Shown here piece after piece: positions 57,586 through 64,000 of a stretch of DNA of 64,000 nucleotides. The translations under genes and the position numbers were made by a program. The notes under the pieces are model-generated. The model did not search any database, had not been told where the DNA came from, and saw only the letters and a list, made by a program, of their open reading frames with translations. Source of the stretch: an archaeon (lineage in GTDB: Archaea; EX4484-52; WAPT01); NCBI GenBank assembly GCA_029258795.1, contig JAPDKB010000007.1, positions 32,001-96,000 of the forward strand, read 5' to 3'. Each line of letters begins with the position of its first letter. Within the stretch, counting starts at the first letter, position 1.

Positions 57586-58686
57586 TTATCTCTCCCGCTC
57601 CCCTCTTATAAACTCTTCAAGCATCTCCCTTGCTTTGAAATCCGGAATTTGCACGGGAGGGTGCTTCATAAAATAAGCTGAAGCCGCAATCAGCGCTCCA
57701 CCCACACCTCTATCCATTGCAAGCTTCGCACATCTCACGGCATCGATCATCACACCGGCGGAATTCGGACTATCTTCCACGCTGAGCCGAAGCTCGATCT
57801 CGACGGGCACGTCTCCGAATTTCCTCCCCTCAATCCTTATGTAGCATACCTTGTTGTCCTTCAGCCACGGAACGTAATCACTCGGCCCGATGTGAATGTT
57901 CTCATCCGCAAGCTTCTCCTTGTTCATGCTCCTCACCGCTTCCGTTTTGCTTATCTTCTTGCTCTTCAGCCTGCTCCTTTCCAGCATGTTCAGAAAGTCC
58001 GTGTTTCCTCCGAAGTTGAGCTGGTATGTCCTGTCTATTTTCACCCCACGCTCAGCAAGCAACCTAACGAGCGTTCTGTGGACTATGGTGGCTCCCACCT
58101 GCGATTTGATGTCATCGCCTATGGCCGGGATGCCCGCTTCTCTGAAACGGGATTCCCATCTTTCATCCGAGACGATGAACTCCGGAATAGCATTTATGAA
58201 CGCTGTGCCCGATTTCAGACAGGCTTCCGCATAGTATCTTGTGGCATGATAGCTTCCGACGGGCATGTAAGAAATGAGCACATCAGCATTTTTCTCCTCG
58301 AGCACTTTTGCAACATCAACTTCTTCCTCCTTGCTTATCGTGAAAGTTCTGTCCTCGGGCCATTCTCTCATGTGGGATGAGAAGCCATCAAGCACGGGAG
58401 CTTTCTCAACCACCACTCCTATTTCAGGAATATCCTTGCAAAACACGGTTGTGCAGTTTGGTTTTGCAAAGATCGCCTCGCCTAAATCCTTGCCCACCTT
58501 TCTGGCATCTATGTCAAAAGCCGCAACCACCTCTATATCCCTGATCCGATAACCTCCGAGCACGTTATGCATTAATCCCGGCACAAGCTCGTCATTCTTG
58601 TCAACATGCCTGTAATAGTAAAGTCCCTGCACAAGTGCGGATGCACAGTTACCCACACCTGCTATAGCAAGCCTTATCCTGCTCAT
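57586..58686 (-). CDS. ino1: myo-inositol-1-phosphate synthase
   Basis: [42 protein letters not shown]. Confidence 0.95.
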   Translation of the reverse strand: MSRIRLAIAGVGNCASALVQGLYYYRHVDKNDELVPGLMHNVLGGYRIRDIEVVAAFDIDARKVGKDLGEAIFAKPNCTTVFCKDIPEIGVVVEKAPVLDGFSSHMREWPEDRTFTISKEEEVDVAKVLEEKNADVLISYMPVGSYHATRYYAEACLKSGTAFINAIPEFIVSDERWESRFREAGIPAIGDDIKSQVGATIVHRTLVRLLAERGVKIDRTYQLNFGGNTDFLNMLERSRLKSKKISKTEAVRSMNKEKLADENIHIGPSDYVPWLKDNKVCYIRIEGRKFGDVPVEIELRLSVEDSPNSAGVMIDAVRCAKLAMDRGVGGALIAASAYFMKHPPVQIPDFKAREMLEEFIRGERER

Positions 58687-58702
58687 CTTGCTCACCTCCA
58701 CG

Positions 58703-58778
58703 ATTTTTACAGTATCGTAAAAATTAATTTTACAATACCATAAAATTCTGATGTTTATAAAGTTTACGATATTGTAAA
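58703..58778. promoter_or_regulatory. three palindromic operators TTTAC-N6-GTAAA between ino1 and padR
   Basis: 58706-58721 TTTACAGTATCGTAAA; 58729-58744 TTTACAATACCATAAA; 58763-58778 TTTACGATATTGTAAA. Confidence 0.8.
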
Positions 58779-58784
58779 TATTTC

Positions 58785-59129
58785 ATGCAGAAGCCGAGCG
58801 AGAGGTTGAAAAGAAAGGTGGAGAAGGAGAATCTATGGCTGTTCATTCTGACTTTGCTTAGAGATAACGGCAAGCTCACTGGTGCGGAGATCAGGAAATT
58901 GTTGCTCGAGAAAATGAAAGTGAGGGTTGGAACGGTCACTTCCTACAAGGTGCTCTACCTTCTGGAGAGAGGAGGATACGTGAAGCGAGAGAAAGAGGGC
59001 AGGAGGAAGCTGTATTCTATAGCTGAAGCAGGGATGGAGGAACTCATGAAAGCTGAAGAATTGTTGCAAAACTATGTGAAGCTTCTCCGGAAGCATGCCA
59101 GGGGCAAGAGAAAAGTCAGGATAGGCTAA
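58785..59129 (+). CDS. PadR-like transcriptional regulator
   Basis: LWLFILTLL...YKVLYLLERGGYV...RKLYSI...G; divergent from ino1. Confidence 0.8.
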   Translation: MQKPSERLKRKVEKENLWLFILTLLRDNGKLTGAEIRKLLLEKMKVRVGTVTSYKVLYLLERGGYVKREKEGRRKLYSIAEAGMEELMKAEELLQNYVKLLRKHARGKRKVRIG

Positions 59130-59186
59130 TCTTTCACCATTTTCCTCGAGCTTCCATATTTAAATTTTGTTAACAAAGCATCTTTC

Positions 59187-59540
59187 ATGCCGTTTCTTGG
59201 GGAGAGCGCAAAGGAGAAAAAGATAGCCGATGTGAACGAAGAAGACTTCATCGTGTGGATAGAGGGAATGGTTATCTCCAAGGGAGAAGGAAAGATGGTT
59301 GTGGATGATGGCTCCGCCACCGTAGAGGTCTATGCTACTCCCGCCTACATGGATGATGTGAAAGAGAATGACTATGTGCGCGTTATAGGCAGGGTTTTTC
59401 CAACGCCTTCTGGCATTGAAATTCATGCTGACATCATAAGAAAGCTTGAGATCAAGGACCTCAAAACGTACATGAAAGCGAGGGAACTATGGCTGAAATT
59501 CAACACGAAAGTGGATGAGATGATCAAAAATCTGTTTTAA
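59187..59540 (+). CDS. single OB-fold protein, RPA small subunit-like
   Basis: VVDDGSATV, VRVIGRV, IHADII; upstream of PCNA. Confidence 0.7.
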   Translation: MPFLGESAKEKKIADVNEEDFIVWIEGMVISKGEGKMVVDDGSATVEVYATPAYMDDVKENDYVRVIGRVFPTPSGIEIHADIIRKLEIKDLKTYMKARELWLKFNTKVDEMIKNLF

Positions 59541-59632
59541 AATGCTCAAAGTTCTTGCAGCAGCAACCTATAAAAATTTTAGAATTTTAGGATTTAGTTA
59601 CCGGACGTGTGAAAGTTTTTCATGATGAGGTG

Positions 59633-60391
59633 ATGAATGTGGCGTTCAAAGCTGTGTTTCTGGATGCTACCCTCTTTAGGGATGCTGTCCGCGCAATAAA
59701 CGACCTCATTGCCGAGGGCATCTTCCGCTTCACCAGTGACGGGTTGAAATTTGTGGCTACTGACCCAACCATGGTGGCGATGGTGGACTTGTACATCAGC
59801 AAGGATGCGTTTGAAGAGCTGAACGTGGAGGGTGAGGAGGAGCAGATTCCGGTAAATCTGGACAACCTGCTCGCTGTGCTCAAGAGAGCCAAAAAAGCCG
59901 ACAGATTGATCCTGGAGAAGGAGCAGGAGAACAGACTTGCTGTTGTGCTGGAAAGCAGTGTTAAGAGGAAGTTCGTCATCCCGCTGATCGACATGGAGGA
60001 GCAGAAGGTTCCGGAGCTCAATCTGCAGTTCCTCGGCACGGCTGAAGTTCTCAGGCAGGTGGTGGAGGAGGGCATAACCGATGCTGCTGTTGTGAGCGAC
60101 ACCATCATGTTCTCCATGGATCAGGACAAGTTCGTGATGACTGGAGAGGGCGATTTATCCAAAGCTGAGGTGGTTGTGGAGAAGGGATCCGAAGCGCTAA
60201 TCTCGCTTGATGTGAAGGAGCCCGCAAAATCCAAGTTCTCTCTGGATTACCTGAAGAAAATGATAAAGGGAATGAAGCTCGGAGATCTGGTAAAGATAAG
60301 TTTGGGCAACGACTTCCCGATGGAGATGGAGATAAAGGCGGGAGAACTCGCAAAGCTGAAGTACGTGCTTGCTCCACGCGTGGAGGGCTGA
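59633..60391 (+). CDS. pcn: proliferating cell nuclear antigen
   Basis: ATDPTMVAMVD, FSLDYLKKM, LGNDFP, LAPRVE. Confidence 0.95.
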   Translation: MNVAFKAVFLDATLFRDAVRAINDLIAEGIFRFTSDGLKFVATDPTMVAMVDLYISKDAFEELNVEGEEEQIPVNLDNLLAVLKRAKKADRLILEKEQENRLAVVLESSVKRKFVIPLIDMEEQKVPELNLQFLGTAEVLRQVVEEGITDAAVVSDTIMFSMDQDKFVMTGEGDLSKAEVVVEKGSEALISLDVKEPAKSKFSLDYLKKMIKGMKLGDLVKISLGNDFPMEMEIKAGELAKLKYVLAPRVEG

Positions 60392-60457
60392 GGGTAAATG
60401 TACTAGATTTGCCTTCCTTCTCACTATTTTGTTTTTCACCTTCACACTGCGCAGAGC

Positions 60458-61816
60458 TCATTTGAGCAGATACTTGAGAATGGGCGGAAGTACAAGGTTA
60501 AGAATGAGAAGAACAAGCGTCATCATCTCGATAACCCTAAACGCTCTCTTTCTTCTCTTATTCTCCATGAGTTCGTACAGCATCAGTCCGCCATCGAGCG
60601 GCCTTATAGGAAGGAGGTTGGCCACGCCGATTCCGAGGTTTAGCATGGCAAGAAAGTTCAGCAGGGTTATCAAGCTGAGCAGGATGTACGGAATCCTCTC
60701 TCCAATAACTTCCCTTACTTCCTGCTTCACCGTTATGTTCGTTTTTATGCCCGCAATGCCTATGAAAGCCATGCTCCTGTTTTCGGGGTGTGGTGAGAGC
60801 TTGACCGTGTAATTGCAGTGGTTTACGGTCAGCACGACCGTGTCGTTCGGCTCGAACTTTGACAGAACTTCCTTGAGATCACTTATGGTGTTTATGGGCG
60901 TGCCGTTTATAGCTGTCAGCGTTCCACCGGGCGGGATGACGGAATGTGCATAGGTTCCGTTGATGGTGGATGTGTAGATTATTCCGGCCGGCTGGAATAT
61001 CAAACCCGCAACGTAAGTGAGTAACGTCATGATCAGCGCAAATATCACGGCAAATGTGAAGTTGCTCATGGATCCAGCGCCATAAACCGCGAGCTTCTTT
61101 CGTTTTTGAGCTTTCTTCAGCTGCTCCTCGTCTGGCTCTGCAAATCCCAGCGGGATTATGGCGAGGAATCCGTAGCCGATGGACTTGACCCTTATTCCGT
61201 GAGCCCTTGCCACCAGAGCGTGAGCGAACTCGTGCACCACCACGATGACAAGGATGGCCGTGATCCAGTAGGGAAGCGGGACGTAAAAGATCGGGGCTTT
61301 GGTTGTCTTGATGGGCAGCACCAGCTGTACAGAAGGTGCTGCACTTAGCGGTTTCAGGAGTGCGGATATCAGATTAATTAGCAGGTAGGTGGGAGCAATA
61401 GTCACCACACCTCCGAAGAAAAAGAGCGGTATGTAAGCGTATCGATAAACCTGCACACCCGCATGATAAAAGAGTAAAGCAAGGAAAAACGATATTATGG
61501 CGCCAATGAGGGCAAGTATCTTCATTCTCCTCCCGTCCTTAATCACCACCCTGCTTCCAAGCAGACCGAGAGAAATGAAGATCGAAAGATCACCGAAGAA
61601 CTGAAACAGGTTCTTATGCTTCTCCGCCTGTTGCTCTATAAAACGAAGTCCTCTCTTCGTCCTTCTCAGCAACATGATTCCTTCCTTCTCGAAGTTCCTT
61701 CTGTCAATGGTGTAGATCAGCAGGGTTAGAAGGGCTAGTACAGCGATGGATATAATGTTTTCCCTTCCGATCTTTTCCATCAGAAGGTGAGCAATGCGTG
61801 CCACGTTTAACATCAT
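60458..61816 (-). CDS. site-2 protease (M50) with PDZ domain
   Basis: HEFAH, GFAEPDE, AGSMSN, NLLPIRPLDGG. Confidence 0.92.
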   Translation of the reverse strand: MMLNVARIAHLLMEKIGRENIISIAVLALLTLLIYTIDRRNFEKEGIMLLRRTKRGLRFIEQQAEKHKNLFQFFGDLSIFISLGLLGSRVVIKDGRRMKILALIGAIISFFLALLFYHAGVQVYRYAYIPLFFFGGVVTIAPTYLLINLISALLKPLSAAPSVQLVLPIKTTKAPIFYVPLPYWITAILVIVVVHEFAHALVARAHGIRVKSIGYGFLAIIPLGFAEPDEEQLKKAQKRKKLAVYGAGSMSNFTFAVIFALIMTLLTYVAGLIFQPAGIIYTSTINGTYAHSVIPPGGTLTAINGTPINTISDLKEVLSKFEPNDTVVLTVNHCNYTVKLSPHPENRSMAFIGIAGIKTNITVKQEVREVIGERIPYILLSLITLLNFLAMLNLGIGVANLLPIRPLDGGLMLYELMENKRRKRAFRVIEMMTLVLLILNLVLPPILKYLLK

Positions 61817-61849
61817 TCGAAATTATCCATCCACACTCTTTTATATGTG

Positions 61850-63781
61850 TTACCTTGCAATCTCTCCTCCTCCTGCGGGAAGTCTGGCTATGATCTCGTC
61901 AATGCTCATCGATTCAAGCACCTCTTTCTCCTCCTTGGAAAGGAGGTTCATCAGCTTCGACTTAACCCGCTCCGCAAGCTCTTTGGGCTTTGTGGTGCCC
62001 GGCTTTATGACCACGAATTTGTTGGTTCTGCTCTTCACCGCTTCCACAGGCCACACCACAAGCTCATTATCCAGCAGAGCCACAGCAAGCGAGAGCTCGG
62101 CCTTAATCCAGTTTCTCTCGCCGTAAATCATGAAAGCTCCTTTTCCCATGTACTCCCCAGCCGGTGTTTTCTTGCTCACCTGCTCCGGCTTGACATAAAA
62201 CACCTGCAGAGCCGTGACACCTTCTCTCCAAGCTCTGGAGAAGGACGCCACGAACTGAGCCATCTCCCTTAAATCCTGCAGAGGAGCTTTATCAAGTGCT
62301 CCCTTCAACAAACCAAATGGCGCGCCCTTGTAATCAGCATGGAAAACCCAGTCCTCTTTCTCAGCATATTTCTTGATGAGCACCTCGTTGGTTGTGGCAT
62401 CTCTAGCGCACACACCCAGAAAGCCGGAAGAAGAGATGAACCACCTGAACTTCTCGTACCACTTCTTTTTCTTCTTTTCCTTTTTCACGATGATCTTCTT
62501 TTCTATCTCTTCTTCCACCATTTCTTCCTTCTGCCTCGCTTCCTCCAGCTTTCTTTTCGTTTCCTCCATCTGGGACTTTAGCGTCTCCACTTTCTTTCTC
62601 ATGCGCTTCGCTTCCTCGAAATGCATCGATGCAATCTCGTGAATGTTCCTGTCAAGCTTGAGTTTAATCTCCACACCGTCCAGCTCGATGACCACTTCTT
62701 TTTCTTTGGCCGATGCTCTCTTGACAAGGGGGTGATGCATAATTTCATGCAGTTCCATCGTGCTGAATTTGGAAAGCATCTCCTCCACTTTATCGTAGTG
62801 CTCGTAGATTTTCTCGCCCGCTTTCCTCAGCTTTTCTTCCATTTCCTCGTATCTTTTCAGAGCTTCCATCTGCATCTCCAGCCTGTGCTCTAAACGTTCC
62901 GCTAAGCTGTATCTGCTCTTTCCCTTTCTCATTTCCTCGGCTTCCTTTACCTTCAGCATCTCCACAAAATAATCGTTGATGGCATCGTTGAACGATTCGT
63001 AGTGCTTCAGCTTCATCTTCTCGTAAACCTTAAGGCGGAAAGGAACGACATCCACCATATTACCCTGATCATCAAGAACTATGGCAGGACCGGGTTGTTT
63101 TTCAAAAAGCCCCCTCGCAGCTTCAACAATACTCTCCACATTTTCCTCACCAAGCTCGTGACACTTCTTGCTCTTCTCCACCCCTGCCCGCAGACACACC
63201 TCTTCTGCATACACTCCGCTCAGTCCCATTCTTTGAGCAAGGAAAACAACCACCTTTTTATCGCTTTCCTTCCTCATTTCCTTCAGCAGCTCCTCCATAC
63301 TGACATTTCGTGGATCAAGGGGAGGAGCGGGTCTTTCATACGTTCCGTGTATCCTGAGCTCCCTGAATCTCAGATTCTTCTTTATCAAACAGCTCCAGAT
63401 TATGTTCTTCTGGTTATCCACAAAGAAAATGTTCGGTTTGGGGAGTATCTCCACCACAAGCTTGTAGTCCTGCGTTTTAAGAACCACTATTCTATCAAAT
63501 CCAAGCTGCTCAAAACTCTCAACTCTCTTGCCTCGCAGATGCTTTCTCAGAAGCATGGCAAAGTTAGATGGCTTTTCTGGCCTTGGCACTTTGTAGTTGA
63601 GAAGCGCGACAAAGTCTCCGCCAAGCAAAAGCTCCTGCTGGCCATGGCTCGCTTTGTAAAGCTGCAAGAGCAGCTTGTCTTCCTCCAGCTGGTAAATCTT
63701 GCGGATGAGCGAGCCCTCCACTTTATCTTTTATTTCCTTCAGCAGGTAATGAAGGTCTAGAGCGGTAAGCTGCGATTTCAT
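61850..63781 (-). CDS. Rqc2/RqcH (NFACT) ribosome quality-control protein
   Basis: FAMLLRKHL, FDRIV, YAEEVC (H2TH), KWYEKFRWF, RDATTNE, FHAD..GAP. Confidence 0.93.
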   Translation of the reverse strand: MKSQLTALDLHYLLKEIKDKVEGSLIRKIYQLEEDKLLLQLYKASHGQQELLLGGDFVALLNYKVPRPEKPSNFAMLLRKHLRGKRVESFEQLGFDRIVVLKTQDYKLVVEILPKPNIFFVDNQKNIIWSCLIKKNLRFRELRIHGTYERPAPPLDPRNVSMEELLKEMRKESDKKVVVFLAQRMGLSGVYAEEVCLRAGVEKSKKCHELGEENVESIVEAARGLFEKQPGPAIVLDDQGNMVDVVPFRLKVYEKMKLKHYESFNDAINDYFVEMLKVKEAEEMRKGKSRYSLAERLEHRLEMQMEALKRYEEMEEKLRKAGEKIYEHYDKVEEMLSKFSTMELHEIMHHPLVKRASAKEKEVVIELDGVEIKLKLDRNIHEIASMHFEEAKRMRKKVETLKSQMEETKRKLEEARQKEEMVEEEIEKKIIVKKEKKKKKWYEKFRWFISSSGFLGVCARDATTNEVLIKKYAEKEDWVFHADYKGAPFGLLKGALDKAPLQDLREMAQFVASFSRAWREGVTALQVFYVKPEQVSKKTPAGEYMGKGAFMIYGERNWIKAELSLAVALLDNELVVWPVEAVKSRTNKFVVIKPGTTKPKELAERVKSKLMNLLSKEEKEVLESMSIDEIIARLPAGGGEIAR

Positions 63782-63880
63782 GACTCTGACTTTGGATGAG
63801 AGGTTTTTAAATGGTAACGGTTGTGGTTTTCGGGTTTGAAATCCAAACGTTTTTAAAATCTGTGTGGTAATTACTTATGG

Positions 63881-64000
63881 GTGGTTAAAACGAAGGTGGG
63901 ATGGAAAAATCCCGAAATAAGAGAAATTTATGATGATGTCGTTTCGGACTACCGTAATGGAAGGAAAGTGGAGATGGATGTTGTTGTTAAGCTGAAGTTC
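63881..64000 (+). CDS. 5' fragment of an unknown protein, runs off the window
   Basis: Open frame VKTKVGWKNPEIREIYDD... downstream of a TTTTTAAA box. Confidence 0.4.
   Translation, partial: MVKTKVGWKNPEIREIYDDVVSDYRNGRKVEMDVVVKLKF

Overview
Gene-dense archaeal chromosomal segment. Evidence for archaeal origin: TATA-type promoters, GGTGA Shine-Dalgarno motifs, exosome/proteasome superoperon, PCNA, L7Ae, and BHB-intron tRNAs. Gene content suggests a DPANN-type lineage (inference only): GT3 glycogen synthase, form III-like RuBisCO, and Cys-rich/DUF2341 giant surface proteins. The window holds a glycogen/gluconeogenesis cluster, rpl7ae-rps28e-rpl24e-ndk, a COG1361-PadR-ABC-split-RND export operon, gltX, RuBisCO, srp54/pfdA/ftsY, glmS, the psmA-SBDS-rrp4/41/42-rpl37ae-rpoP-pcc1-pfdB superoperon, a 2056-aa surface protein, pyrG, ino1, PCNA, a site-2 protease and rqc2. 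Features read directly from the DNA and absent from the ORF track: tRNA-Arg(UCG) with two non-canonical introns, tRNA-Pro(CGG) with a T-loop intron, rpoP, a K-turn covering the L7Ae ribosome-binding site, and two sets of candidate PadR operator palindromes. Best novelty candidates: a full-length PEP-synthase-like protein lacking the catalytic motifs of all three domains, a surface 'polyprotein' with an internal TM anchor followed by a second signal-peptide-like segment, and two paralogous wHTH regulators each next to amino-sugar/sugar-nucleotide genes. No CRISPR array, integrase, transposase or reverse transcriptase was recognised. All family assignments come from motif recognition by eye; no database search was run.
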